Source: Felis catus (taxonomy: Eukaryota). From it: DNA of 64,000 bases. A program made the translations under genes and the position numbers. The stretch covers positions 5,332,001-5,396,000 of the forward strand of contig NC_058368.1 of assembly GCF_018350175.1 (NCBI RefSeq), written 5' to 3'. The notes beneath the pieces were generated by a model, which made no database searches, was not told where the DNA came from, and saw only the letters and a list, made by a program, of their open reading frames with translations. This document shows positions 1 through 13,705 of this stretch, in pieces. Numbering within the stretch: the stretch's first letter is position 1; each line of letters opens with the position of its first letter.

Positions 1-1318
1 GACACTGTCTGTGATGATCCGAAGCAATTTTCGGCCTGTATTGAAACCTGACATTTGAAATTTCTTAATACGCGATTCTCATCGGCAGCTCTTCCTGAGC
101 AAATTAAACCTCGGGGACATTTGTTGACTATTGGTACTTAGAGATGCTGTTTAGCAACTATATAATTCAAAAGAACAAGATAGCAAAGTGACATGTTAGA
201 AAGAAAAGAAGCATTTGGCAGGGAAAATAGAAGCCTTGGTGGGTGAGAAGAAGTGAAGGGTTGGGGCGAAGGTCACAACAGCCACTGACCAGCTTGTGCC
301 CCCTCCCTGTCATCCTTCACCAGCCCTTTATCTTGCCATCACAACTACCCTCTAGAACTCTACAGCTGAGTCAAACCACCACCATTGGACTAATGTCCTG
401 GGGAGGAAAAACTCAACTGGGGCTTCAAGTCCCTACAAACTACTAATCTCCAATCCTAGCCTTTGCTTTCTTGAAACACCCATTCCCCTCAAGAGGCATT
501 TTTAAATCCAAACCTTCAGCCGGCTGCAATCCTCCCTCCCCCCTTGCCAAGTTAAGATCATACCACTTTTTCCTTCAACCAGAGTGTCATGCTCATTAGG
601 AAAAGAACTTTTCTCTTTTGATACGGACCTCTTTTCCCTCTCCTGGTCCCTTTTCGTGGCCACACTGACCCTACTTCTGCCTTGGATTCTGTCCTCTAGG
701 GGTCTTGTTCCATCCTTAGGGGTCCTCCTCTGTTAAGATTTCCTTCTCTTACCTTCAGTAAATAGGCTCAAGTCTTCCTACCTCTCTCTCTTTGCCCGCC
801 ACCAGTGACACTTGTTTTTTTGTACCTTACACACTCTTTGGAGGATTCCAAATAGACTCTGACCTTATTAGCGAGGTCGTAGATATTCCTTACAGCCATT
901 TGAAATGCCTACTTTCTTTTCTACATCCTTTTTAGTTAGCTGTCTTGTCTCTTTCTGCCAAAACTGGACTAAAGCCTCCTCTGGATGGCCTTCAGCGACT
1001 ATGCCTTCCCATTGAAAAACCTCCTGTCCGGGTTTCAGCAGTGCCCTACGAACTCCTCCTTCAGTAGATGTAGCCTGCTGCATGGACGGTGAGGGGCGTG
1101 CTGGCTCCTGCTTCCTCTCCTCCCCCACAACCTCCTGTTAGAAGCCAGCTCTCTGGTGGAAGGGATTCTATTAACAGTCTTGGTATGCACTGTATGCCAC
1201 GTAGTAGGTGCTCACAGTGTTGTAACTCGGAGCTCTCAATTTATACATAAACCACGAACGTCTTTTAGAAAAGTTCCACAAGAATAAAGGAAAGGGAAAC
1301 CGAGTGGAGACGAACTAA

Positions 1319-1660
<342 letters not shown>

Positions 1661-1699
1661 TGAGCCGGTGGTGGCAAGGACTAGTTGCCTGGGACCTCC

Positions 1700-1810
1700 G
1701 CCTCCCGGTCTGTGAAAGGGGAGGACATGGGTGCCCATTCAGGGGGTCCTTGTGAGGATTAAGTGAGATAATGGAGGCAGAGTGCTCAGCGGGCGCATGA
1801 GTGGGGACGA
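1700..1810 (+). mobile_element. MIR fragment
   Basis: MIR core-like 'ctgtgaaagggg...ttgtgaggattaagtgagataatg'; boundaries approximate. Confidence 0.6.
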
Positions 1811-2315
1811 AGTGGCTGCAAACGCGTTCCTGCGTTTACAGTCTAATTAGTGCCGCAGGAAAGGTCTCGTAGGTGTGTCTGTTTTAGTGTGCACCATATA
1901 TCAAATTCACCGTGACCATCTACACTTGGATTCTGTTGTGAGAGTGGAGGTGGAATTTCTCGGGAGCTACCGTGGCTATTAAGCAGTGAACTTCAGCCAG
2001 TGCTTGTAGACTGGGCGCCTTCCTGTGCATTGTTATTTGATCTTGCCGGCAACCCTGTGAATGAGGTATTGGCTGATCACAAGCATGGGTTGGACTAGGT
2101 CATGCAGTGATCGTCTTGCAACCAAATCTTCTGTGTATAAATTGCATATTGTCTTCTATCACAGTGTTCTCTATACTAATGGCCATTGTACTTCCCCACC
2201 CAAATGAGCATTTATACTATCAGTTGTAGCCGCTTTTCTGTGTTGATCTGAGTGAAGGACTAATGGTATTTATTTTCTGAAACGTCCTCCCCACCCCACT
2301 CTCTCTCTCTCTTAG

Positions 2316-2507
<192 letters not shown>

Positions 2508-3639
2508 TGAAGATATATATCTATATCTATATACATCTATGTATAGATATATATATAATATTGAAAGTACAATATTACTAAATAGAAATGTTAGTTGGTT
2601 TTCACCTGCTTTTTTGAGGCATCAGTGTATTTTATTACCTAGAAGGTACCTGCAAAAAAATTAACACAAAAACTAAAGTGCAACATTAGTTTGGATATTA
2701 ACATTGTTTATCAGGAGGAAATGATGGGGAAAACCATGATTCAGACATGCAGGTATTGGGTAACCTTACAAAACATGAGGGAACTAATTTGAAGGGACGT
2801 AAATCTATTACGTTTCTCGCATGTTTTAGATTTTGTTTCTGGAACATTCCGGGGAACGAGTTTCTTTTCTGCTCTCACCTTTGAAACCCCTGTTGCCTTT
2901 AATGAGTTGTGTTTGCATTTTATCTTCATCCTGTGTTGAAATTACTGTAAGGAACGCCCTCTTTTGAACACATTGGAATTAAAGGTTGTAATTTCCTTTT
3001 ATACATCTTATTTAAACCTCCCAACAGCCCTGTAAGGTGGGTGCTATATATATATGTCAGACTAAATTTGCCTCCTCTTTGAATGCTTTTTTAGTTTTTC
3101 AGGTAAAGTTAATCTCTCTTCCGTGTCTCCATGACAGTCTCTCCAAATGTAAAAACAGTAAAATGAGAGACACGATAGTGACGTGGTATCTATTTCTGTC
3201 CTGAACCTTTCGAGTCTATTCGAGGGTGTGGATGTGCCCAATATGAAGTCTTTGGTTGCCTTGGTCATAGTCTAACACGGTGCTCAGTTGATCGTTGTTC
3301 TCAGGACCCGTTAAGTTGGATCCGAGTAATTGATGGATTACAAGTGCTCAAGTTGTACCCAGGATAATAATTCATCCTGATTGGGAATATGGGAAAAGTT
3401 TGCTTGGGGTCAAGCTCTACCTAGTTTTGACTTGGAACTTAAGGGTAAGTTAAAATTCAACAGGCAGAATGAGAGCAAATCTTGATAATTCCTTCTTAGA
3501 AAACTTTCATTTTTAACGTTGTGATATAATATTTTAATTTTTAAAAAAGAGGGGCAGAAGGAAACTCTGCTTATTGGAAGGCTGATTCTACTGAATTTTT
3601 TATACCCCTAGACCTACTGCATGTAAAAACTTACTTACA

Positions 3640-3827
3640 GGGACACCTGGGTGGCTCAGTCGGTTGAGCATCCCAATCTTGGTTTTGGCTCAGGTTCGTG
3701 AGTTCAAGCCCCTCATTGGGCTCTGTGCTGGAAGCACAGAGCCTGCTTGGGATTCTCTCCAGCTCTCTCTGCCCCTCACCCACTCACACTGTTTCTGTCT
3801 CTCTCAAAATAAATAAGTAAACTTAAA
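3640..3827 (+). mobile_element. Older Can-SINE
   Basis: tRNA-like head gggacacctgggtggctcagtcggttgag, (CT)n region, aaaataaataa tail. Confidence 0.9.
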
Positions 3828-3840
3828 AAAAAAACTTATG

Positions 3841-4084
3841 GGGGCGCCTGGGTGGCGCAGTTGGTTAAGCGTCCAACTTCAGCCAGGTCACGATCTCGCG
3901 GTCTGTGAGTTCGAGCCCCGCGTCACGCTCTGGGCTGATGGCTCGGAGCCTGGAGCCTGTTTCCGATTCTGTGTCTCCCTCTCTCTCTCTGCCCCTCCCC
4001 CGTTCATGCTCTGTCTCTCTCTGTCCCAAAAATAAATAAACGTTGAAAAGAAAATTGTTTAATAAAAAAAAAAAAAAAAAAAAC
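3841..4084 (+). mobile_element. Young felid SINE (SINEC_Fc type)
   Basis: ggggcgcctgggtggcgcag...cagccaggtcacgatctcgc head, long A tail, TSD aaaaaaacttatg (3828-3840 / 4085-4097). Confidence 0.95.
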
Positions 4085-5149
4085 AAAAAAACTTATGGTT
4101 GAAGCATTAATTACCCATACTTTACTGATTTTTATTTCTATGTAATATTTGACTTCTTTAGGAACATTACTAATTTTCCTTTACTTGAAGACCCTTTGAT
4201 TGCTTTAAAAATAATTCTTAGTGCATTTGCTTCTATCGTTTCATTAAGAGAAAGTACAGAATAAATATTCACACATTAATCCCTCTTCCATAAAATAGTA
4301 AAGCATGGCTTCCCCCTTGTGATCCCTGGAGTACATCCAGTAGCCATCATGGCCCCTCTTTAGAAAATTACCGAGAAACTGGAATTTTTACAGGAGACAA
4401 TTCTGTTAATTATTCTCCCTTCACCAATCCATGACCTCATTTCCCAGATGTTCTGTATCTTCTGGCCAAACGCTTTGTTTCATAGATGTGGAAAGCGGGG
4501 CCCAGAAGGAGGAGGTGACTTTCCCAGAGTCCACATTAACTAGTTTGTGTCCAGAGCCTGAACTGGGCAGCCATCCTCCGATGCTCTTGAGCTGTTTTCC
4601 CTCTTCCCCGTCACATCCACTGGAGAGAACGTAACTCGCACAGCACATGTGCATTTGGAGTTCATCTCTTTTCCATTCAGCTAATCGTGACCTCTAGAAA
4701 TTTCTCTTTTCACCTTTGTGTATTGGGAGCTTTGTGTGTTCAATCTGTAAAACTTTGTATCTCAGAAGGTTCTATAATCTATAGCACGTCTATGCTGCCT
4801 TCGTGTAATCTTAACTGTTACTGTGATGGAGGACCTTCATGTTTGTTCTGTGTTGTTTCGGGATATGCTTTCCTAATCCAATTAGGAGTGGAGTGAGAAA
4901 AAATGTCTTGAGGGTTGCCCAAGTCTGAGCTTGTTGTCTTGATATATTGAACGCTTAGACCAGGGTGCCGTATGAGATCGTGGGACTGTCCTGGAGAGTG
5001 ATGTGTCCTTGTGGAAGGACCTGGTGCTTGTGCTTAGAGATGGATGTGGCAGCAGGACTGTTATCGAGGCCCCTCCTTGGCACGTTTCCACACAACTGCA
5101 TTCTAGGCTTGGTTAGTGGACAAGGCTTTCTTGTTTTGTTTGTTTGTTT

Positions 5150-5354
5150 TTTAATTAAATATTTATTTACTTTGGGGGGAGGTAGAGAGTGAGCAGGGGA
5201 GGGGCAGAGAGAGAGGGAGACACAGAATCCGAAGCAGGCTCCAGGCTCTGAGCCGTCAGCACAGAGCCCGACGTGGGGCTTGAACTCACAGAGAGCAAGA
5301 TCATGACCTGAGCCGAAGTCGGACACTTAACCTATTGAGCCACCCAGGTGCCCC
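5150..5354 (-). mobile_element. Can-SINE
   Basis: Reverse-complement SINE ending ...gagccacccaggtgcccc. Confidence 0.92.
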
Positions 5355-5571
5355 AGTGGTCTAGCATTAAACGTATTTATATATTTAATATATAATTATA
5401 AAATATGTTGTAACGTTATAATATATATAATTATAAAACGTGTTTTAGTTGCTTTGAGGGAATTTACCTTTTAAAATTAATGGAGATTTTTGAAAAATAG
5501 AGAAGGAAAGACTATTTGTGTTGATATCTGACTACAGTTTTGATGTACATCTCTTCCGTTCTTTGATTTAG

Positions 5572-5661
<90 letters not shown>

Positions 5662-6964
5662 TAAGTTTGTTTATCGCTTAAAATTTGATTTGCATTCTTC
5701 CAGCAAAACAACTTTATTTTTAGTTGCTTAGTCAAATACCTTTTTGGTATTTGGAAAGGATATTTGTAAGAGATTTAGATATGTAGTAACTACTGAATGG
5801 GTTTAAAATGTAATGGGTCCCAACTTTGAACCGTTAACACAGTTTATTTCTGCAAATATTTACCTGGTAAGAAATCCCTGGATTTAATGTTATAAATTTA
5901 ATTTTAAAACTTTAATTCTATAAATTTAACTTCTTTAAATTTATAACCTAATAATTATAAATGTCTTACTCCTATTTTTACCTGAATGCCTTTTTTTTTT
6001 TTTATTGATGTATAGCTGGCATGTAACTTTGTTAGTTTCAGATGTATTACATAGTGATTCAGTGCTGGTATATATTGCAAAATGGTCCCCACAGTAAGTT
6101 TAGTTAACATCTGTCACCACACATAGTTACAAAATTTGTTTCTTTCTTGCGCTGCAGCTTTGAAGGTCTATTCTTTTAGCAACTTTCAAATATGCAGTAT
6201 AGTATTTATTATTAACTACAGTCACAATGTTGTAGGTTAAATCCCCATGACTTATTTTATAAGCGGATGTTTATCTTTTGCACCTTTCACCCATTTTGAC
6301 CACTCCCCACCCCTTGTTTCTGGCAACCACTAACCTGTTCTCTGTATCTGTGAGCTTGCTTGCTTTGTTTGTTTGTTTGTTTATTTTGATTTCACTAAGA
6401 TCATGTGGGATTTGTCTTTCTCTGGCTGGCTGGTTTCACTTAATACTTTCAGGGTCCATCCATGTTGTCACAAATAGCAAGATTTCCTTTTTTATGGCTG
6501 AGTAATATTGTCTTGTACATATGTACCATATTTTCTTTATCCTTTCATCCATTTATAGACAGGATGTCTTGACTATGTAAATAATGCTGCAGTGAACATG
6601 GGGTGCAGATATCATTTTGAGTTTGTGTTTTTATCTTCTTAATACCCAGAATCTTTCATAAATACCCAGAATTGGAATTGCTGGGTCATATGGTGGTTTT
6701 ATTTTTAAGTTTTTGAGGAACTTCCATATGGTTCTCCATAGCAGTTACACCAATATACAGTCCCACCAGAAGCACACAAGAGTTTCCTTTCCTCCACCTC
6801 TTTGCCAACACGTCTTATTTCTTGTAACCATTCGAACAGGTAGGAGATGATAGCTCATTGTGGTTTTGATTTTCATTTACATGATGGTTAACACCTCTTC
6901 ATGTACCTGTTGGCCACCTGTTTGTATTCTTTAGAAAAATGTCAATTCAGATCTTCTGCCCGTT

Positions 6965-7146
6965 GTAAAAACATGTTTATTTTTGAGAGAGCAAGTGAGC
7001 ATGGGTGGAGGAGGGGAAGAGAGAGAGGGAGATAGAGGACCCAAAGTGGGCTCTGCGTGGACAGCAGAGAGCCTGATATGCGGCTCGAGATCATGATCTC
7101 AACCGAAGTCAGAAGCTTAACCCATTGAGCCACCCAGACATCCCTC
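6965..7146 (-). mobile_element. Older Can-SINE inside L1
   Basis: Reverse-complement SINE ending gagccacccagacatccc. Confidence 0.88.
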
Positions 7147-7158
7147 CTTCTGCTCATT

Positions 7159-7378
7159 TAAAAAAAAAATTTTAATGTTTATTTACTTTTGAGAGACAGA
7201 GAGAGACAGAGTGTGAGCGGGTGAGGGGCAGAGAGAGGGAGACACAGAATCCGAAGCAGGCTCCAGGCTCCAAGCTGTCAGCACAGAGCCCGACGCGGGG
7301 CTCGAACTCACAAACTGTTGAGATCATGACCTGAGCCGAAGTTGGACACTCAGCCGACGGAGCCACCCAGCCTCCCTT
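7159..7378 (-). mobile_element. Can-SINE inside L1
   Basis: gagacacagaatccgaagcaggctccaggctc... body. Confidence 0.92.
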
Positions 7379-9310
7379 CTCCTGCTCATTTTTAATCAGA
7401 TTATTATTTTTTTTTCCATTGAGTTGCATGAGTTCTTTATATATTTTAGATATTAACTCCTTACCACGTATATGATGTTCATATATTTTCTTCGATTCAG
7501 TAGGTGGCCTTTTCATTTTGTTGATGGCTTCCTTTGATGTGCAGAAGCTTTGTAGTTTGGTGTAGTCCCACTTGTTTATTTTTGCTTTTTGCTGCCTTCG
7601 CTTTTGGTGTCAGATCCAAAAAAATCATCACCAAGATCAATGTCTAGGAGCTTATACCTGTATTTACTTGCAGGAGTTTTATGGTTTCAAGTCTAACGTT
7701 CAAGTCTGTAGTCCATTCTGAGTGAATTTTTGTGTATGGTGTAAGATAGCTGTCCAGTTTGTTGAAGAGATTTATCCATTTATTGAAGAGATTGTCCTTT
7801 CTCTGTTATGTATTCTTGGCACTTTTGTCAGAAATTAAGTGACCATATTGCATGGGTTCATTTCTGGGCTCTCCTTTCTGTTCCATTGATATCTGTGTCT
7901 GTTTTTATGCCAGTGCTATCCTGTTTTGAGTACTGTAGCTTTGTAATATAGTCTGAAACCAGGCTGTGTCACGTCCCTGGCTTTGTTCTTGTTTTTCGAG
8001 ATTGCTTTGGCAATTTAGGTCTTTTGTAGTTCCATACAAATTATAATTATTTGTTGTTTCTGTGAAAAATGCTATTGGAATTTAAATGGGAATTAGATTG
8101 ACTCTGTAGATTGCTTTGGTTTGTACAGACATGTTGACAGTAAATTCTTCTCATCCATGGACATGGAATATCTTAATATTTATTTGAGTCTTTGTATTCT
8201 TTCATGTCTTACGGCTTTCAGTGTGTCAGGTTTTGCATCGCCTTGGTTGAGATTTTTAAATTTCTCTTATGATTCAGTGTTAGTCTGTAGAAATACAACC
8301 GACCTTTGCTAAATTCATTTGTTTTAATAGTTACTTGGTGGACTCTTACAATTTTCTATATATAGTATCGTGTCATCCGCAATTAGTGACAATTTTACTT
8401 CTCTCTGAATTGCCTGATTGCTGTGGCTGGGATATCCAGTGCTGTGTTGAATAAAAGTGGCAAGAGTGGCCATCTTTGTTTGGTTCCTGATTTTAGAGGA
8501 AAAGCTTTCGGCTTTTCACTATTATGATGTTAGCTGTGGGCTTGTCACACGCGACCTTTATTATGTTGAGGTATGTTCCCTCTGTAGCCATTTTGTTGAG
8601 AATGTTTGTCATAAATGGATGTTGAATTTTGTCTAATACTTTTTCTACATGTAGTGAGATGATCATATGATATTTATCCTTCATTTTGTTAATGTTGTGT
8701 GTCACATTGATGGAATATAGATGTTGAACCGTCCTTGTATCCTGGAATAAATCCCAAGTGATCATGGTGCATGATTTTTTTTAACGTATTATTATATTCA
8801 GTTTGATAATACTTTGTTGAGGATATTTGCATCTGTGTTCACCAGGGGTACTGGCCTCTAATTTTCTTGTGGTGCCCTTAACTGGTTTTGGTATCAGGGT
8901 AATGCTGACATTGTAAAAACAGTTTGGGAGGTTCTCTCCTTTTCTGTTTTTTTAGGAAGAGTTTGATAAGTATTGGTATTCTTCTTTGAATGTTTGGGAG
9001 AATTCACTAGTGAAGTTGTCTGGATGTGACTTTTGATTGTTAGGCTATTGATTACTGACTTGATCTCCTTACTAGTAGTCAATCTAAGATTTTCTATTTC
9101 ATCATAATTCAGTCTTGATATGTTGTAGGTTTCTAGGTGCTTATCCATTTATTTCTTATCTGTTGTCCAATTTCTTGGCTTATAATTATTGATAGTATCT
9201 CTTATGAGCCTTCATATTTCTATTGTATCACTTCTTTCATTACTGATTTTGAGTCCTGCTTTTTTCTGCTGAGTCTAGCTAAAGGTTTGCCAATTTTGTT
9301 TATCTTTTTT

Positions 9311-9534
9311 TTTTTTTAATTTTTTTTTCAACGTTTATTTATTTTTTGGGGGACAGAGAGAGACAGAGCATGAACGGGGGAGGGGCAGAGAGAGAGGGAG
9401 ACACAGAATTGGAAACAGGCTCCAGGCTCTGAGCCATCAGCCCAGAGCCTGACGTGGGGCTCGAACTCACGGACCGCGAGATCGTGACCTGGCTGAAGTC
9501 GGACGCTTAACCGACTGTGCCACCCAGGCGCCCC
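9311..9534 (-). mobile_element. Young felid SINE (SINEC_Fc type) inside L1
   Basis: Near-consensus body, TSD ttgtttatcttttt on both sides. Confidence 0.95.
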
Positions 9535-10122
9535 TTGTTTATCTTTTTAAGAACCAGCTCATAGTTTCATTGATCTTTTCTTTTTTTTTCCTCTATTTTG
9601 TTAATTTCTGCTCTAATCTTTGCTACTTTCTTCCTTATGCTAAGGAAGTTAGTGTACTAAGGATGTTGTGTCATTTGTTCTTTTTCGAGTTTTTTGAGGT
9701 ATAAAACTAGGTAATTTGGGATTTTTCTTGATTTTTCGTGCAGGCATTTATCGCTGTGAACTTCCTTCTTAGAATTGCTTCTGCTACATCCCATAAGCTT
9801 TACTATGTTGTATTTCCATTTTCTTTTGTCTACCCGTGTTTTTTTTTTTTTTTTATTTCTCTTTTGATTTCTTCTTTGACCCATTCATTGTTCAGTAGTG
9901 TGTTGTGTAATCTCCGCATATTTTTGAATTTTCAGTTTCATTCTGGTAATTGAGTTCTGGTCCTACCATTATGGTTGAAAATGATGCCTGATGTGACGTA
10001 AGTTTCCTTGAATTTGTGAAGATTCGTCTCGTGCCTAATATATGATCTGTCCCGGAGAATGTTTTGTGTGAGTGCCTCCCTTGATCAGTTTTATGAACAC
10101 TCTGTTTCCCTTTCTCTGGCAG

Positions 10123-10167
10123 TCATTTTCCGGAGTTGACAAGAGAACCATCCTCAGATGATTTTTG
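10123..10167 (+). CDS. ATP8A2: ATP8A2 exon (~15, 45 nt): (G)HFPELTREPSSDDF(C)
   Basis: Acceptor tttccctttctctggcag|, donor TG|gtaagt; phase 2-2 joins both neighbours. Confidence 0.93.
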
Positions 10168-10348
10168 GTAAGTGGATTCTAGCACTTCTTGATGTCTTAG
10201 TGGGAAGGGTTTTGGAACAATTCTATATCGTCATTTTCGCTTAAATATTTTGTTAATAAAAGTTTCATATTTCTTTTTCCAAGAGAGAACCAAACTAAAA
10301 TTAAACATGAATATGCTTTTAAAAGTAATAGCGGAACTACAAGGATTT

Positions 10349-10526
10349 TTTATTTTTATTTATTTATTTTTAACATTTATTTTTGAGACAGAGACAGAGC
10401 ATGAACGGGGGAGGGGCAGAGAGAGAGGGAGACACAGAATCTGAAGCAGGCTCCAGGCTCTGAGCCATCAGCCCAGAGCCCGATGCGGGGCTCGAACTCA
10501 CGGACCATGAGATCATGACCTGAGTT
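10349..10526 (-). mobile_element. Can-SINE
   Basis: TSD ggaactacaaggattt (10333-10348 / 10527-10542). Confidence 0.95.
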
Positions 10527-10589
10527 GAAGTCGGATGCTTAACCGACTGGGCCACCCAGGCGCCCTGGAACTACAAGGATTTAACAAAA

Positions 10590-11120
10590 AATAGCCAGTC
10601 CTTCGCTTGATACCTTCCATACTTCCTGCTTCCCAGCATAATGTCTTCAAAGTTGTGTCATACGTATTGTAGCCTGTATCAGAATTCTTGACATGGAAGG
10701 CTGAATCATATTCCATTGTCTGTATATACCACATTTTGTATAACCCTTCATCTGTTGATGGGCATTTGGTTTTTTCCTACTCTTGCCTGGTGCGTTTAAT
10801 GCTGCCGTGCACATTGGTATAGAAGTATCTGGTCTCTGCTTTTAATTATTACGGGTATATACCCTGAAAGCGGGATTGGCGGGTCGTGTGGTAGTTTTAT
10901 GTTTGATTTTTTGAGGAGCCACCAAACTGTTTTCCACAGCAGCTCCACCATTTATATTTCTGGCAGCAACACACATTTTCCCCACATCCTCGTAACACGT
11001 GTTAATTTCTGTTTTTGTTTTCAGGTACACAATAGCCATCTCAATGGGTGTGAAATGGTATCTCATTGTGGTCTTGATTGGCATTTCCCTTAGGACTAGT
11101 GATGGTGTGTGCTCATGTTT
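10590..11120 (-). mobile_element. Old L1 3' fragment
   Basis: ORF2 C-terminal remnant (IKTTMRYHFTP) on the minus strand. Confidence 0.85.
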
Positions 11121-12307
11121 TAAGATTTATATACTAACAAAGCTGATTGGTAGGGCTACATGGGCAGGGGAGACCACGCAGTTGATGACTGACTGGTTTC
11201 CCTGTGGGATGATCGGCCGGGACCTGCAGTTTTAGTAGAGAATCTTTGGATGTCAGCCTTGGTCTTCTATGTGATCAGTCGTCTTCTCATGAGGAGTACT
11301 CTCCAGGCTGTAAATCTGGCTGTGGCTGTTAAAGGAGCTGAGTAGAGGCAGAGAGTTGGTGGTCATGAAGGATGCACTTAAGAGTCCTGTCCTGGGAGAA
11401 TTCCCTACCCTACCCCCTTGTGTGCCCCGTGTTGCTGGGTCCAAGGCTACTCTGATTTGACTTCTTCAAACTATAAACCTTCCATGGCTTTCTGAGTTCC
11501 AAAAAGTTCAGTTATCTGGCTGCATGGGATGAGGGGGAAGGTTCCTGGAGGCAGACTCTTCCTCAGATGGATCTGGAACCCCTCCTGCTTCCCACTTTCC
11601 CTTTATGGGACAGGCACCTCAGGCCGCCATTTGCTCAGCTTCCGCAAGATTCTGCTTGGGGCATCAGTTGGTGTTCTAGTCTCTTCACCGTGCAAGCTGT
11701 TGGTTTCTGCTCTGCTAAACTCCCACATCTAGAGTTCAGGCTGACCTCGGCTGTGGTCACTTCTTCTGTCGTCTTTGTTTCCAAGAAGGGGTTTCAGGAG
11801 GAAGTGGGGATACAGGAATACATTTAACCCTTCACATTTTCTTCAGTGTGATAGCACACCGCCATTGTATCAAGTGTTATCGGTTCCTTTCTCACAATGT
11901 TTGCCTCCTTCTCTCTTCTACGTATGAGTTCTGACCATAAATGAATGCCTAGATACAATACAATAATTGTTCCTATTTTACCTGCTTTGAGGTAAATACT
12001 CAGAAATTTTCCCTGGTAGACGTGAGAGAACAGCTAAAATGACAAAGTGTTGACCCCTGCCTCTGTTTTTTCTTGTAACTATGTCGTCGTTTATAATGAA
12101 AATATAAAATACTCTGCTTATAGTAAGGCTAAAGATTTTCTACCTCGAGGTCTGAAATAATATGCATTATTCCAAATCTTCAAAAGCTTAATATAAATCT
12201 ATAGGCTTTTTAGGTGTGATTCTTCTTCAAGACAAATTCTTACTAGGTGTGGGTAGATTTTAAAGAAATTTTTGAACTGAATAAGTATTTTCTGTTCTCT
12301 TTCACAG

Positions 12308-12383
12308 CCGGATACCTCCTCCCCCTAGTGACTCATGTGACTTTGATGATCCTAGGCTCTTGAAGAACATTGAAGATCATCAT
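12308..12383 (+). CDS. ATP8A2: ATP8A2 exon (~16, 76 nt): (C)[25 protein letters not shown]
   Basis: Acceptor ttctctttcacag|, donor CAT|gtaagg. Confidence 0.94.
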
Positions 12384-13482
12384 GTAAGGCCACTGTTTTG
12401 CTTCTAGAATGTTCCATAGCTTATGGTGTACTTTTATTTACGTGTATGTGTGCTGCCTTGAAATTTATAATTTTGGACCTTGGGGAGGAGATGTGGTTTT
12501 ACTTTTCTGGAGTTAGTATTCAGGGAAGTGATTGGAAATAAATGCTCTGTAGTTAACACTCTGCCTGGTAACGCAAAGCTGAATTAAATATGGTGGAGCT
12601 CCAAAGTCTCACGTCAAGATGAAGACGAGTCTCAATATGGAATTCGCCAACATTTCAGATTTCTCCTGCTCTTTAAGATTTCTGCAGTACCATTTCTTCA
12701 CGGTTGTGCATCTAAGAGGTCATGCATTTTGAAGGACACTTGCTTTATGCTTGGACCAGGAGAATTTAGGGAAGAAAAGGAGGGCAGAAGAGCATGTTGC
12801 GTTTATAGCATCCTACCGTGTGCCAGACATTTGACGCATATTTCCTTTAGCGCTGGAGTCACCCCAGAGAAGTGATAGGAAGCTGCGTGGAAATATCGAC
12901 TTGGCCAAGAGTTACCAGCAAACAAAAGTAGATATGAGACCCAGAACCTAAGTCTGGTTGATTCTTAACTCTGACATCTCATTATCTCGACTATTCTAAC
13001 AAACCGGGATTAACTATAGGGTCGCCTAAATTCATTTGAAAAGCTACTTTGAAAAATACCAACTTAGAAAAGTCTTTAGGGATGAAGGCATTTTGCAACC
13101 CGTTTAATCAGTGTGAATTCCATCTGATTTTTTTTTCTGAAAAAAAAATCTAAAGTTAGGTAAACTTGAGCAAAATTAAAAGTTCATCATTCCAACATTT
13201 TGTTAAGATGCAGATCTATTTCAAACTTTCTCTAAATTCTCAGTGAGGAAATTTCCTGTTCTCTGCTGCACTTGCCCATTTGTTAACGCTGAAATCTTCC
13301 TAGGCATGATTCTCAAATGCGTGCATGTAAGGCACCCACACCCACCGGCTGGGATGCGGACTTTCTGCCTCAGTGCCCAGTGGTGCTGATGAAGTGGTCC
13401 CAGACCACACAACGGATGCTGCTGAAGTCTGTGCCCTGTATCATAGTCACAGGCATCGATGTGTTCTCTTTTTTTTTGAATT

Positions 13483-13705
13483 AAAAAAAAAATTTTTTTT
13501 AACGTTTATTTATTTTTGAGAGAGAGACAGAGCGTGAATAGGGAAGGGGCAGAGAGAGAGAGGGAGACACAGAATCCGAAGCAGGCTCCAGGCTCTGAGC
13601 TGTCAGCACAGAGCCCAATGCGGGGTTTGAACGTATGGACCGCGAGATCATGACCTGAGCCAAAGTCGGACGCTTAACCGACTGAGCCACCCACGCGCCC
13701 CCCCC
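13483..13705 (-). mobile_element. Can-SINE
   Basis: SINE body flanked by t(n)gaatt on both sides. Confidence 0.93.

Larger units (their letters stand above)
5991..10068 (-). mobile_element. 5'-truncated LINE-1 (~4 kb including three SINE insertions), degraded ORF2 plus 3'UTR
   Basis: Poly-T at 5991; minus-strand ORFs with L1 ORF2 similarity ([30 protein letters not shown], 8493-8765); candidate TSD tgaatgcct / tgagtgcct. Confidence 0.92.

Noticed and set aside
3841..3930. tRNA-like A/B-box sequences, here and in the other SINE heads
   Set aside because: These are tRNA-derived Can-SINE heads, not tRNA genes.
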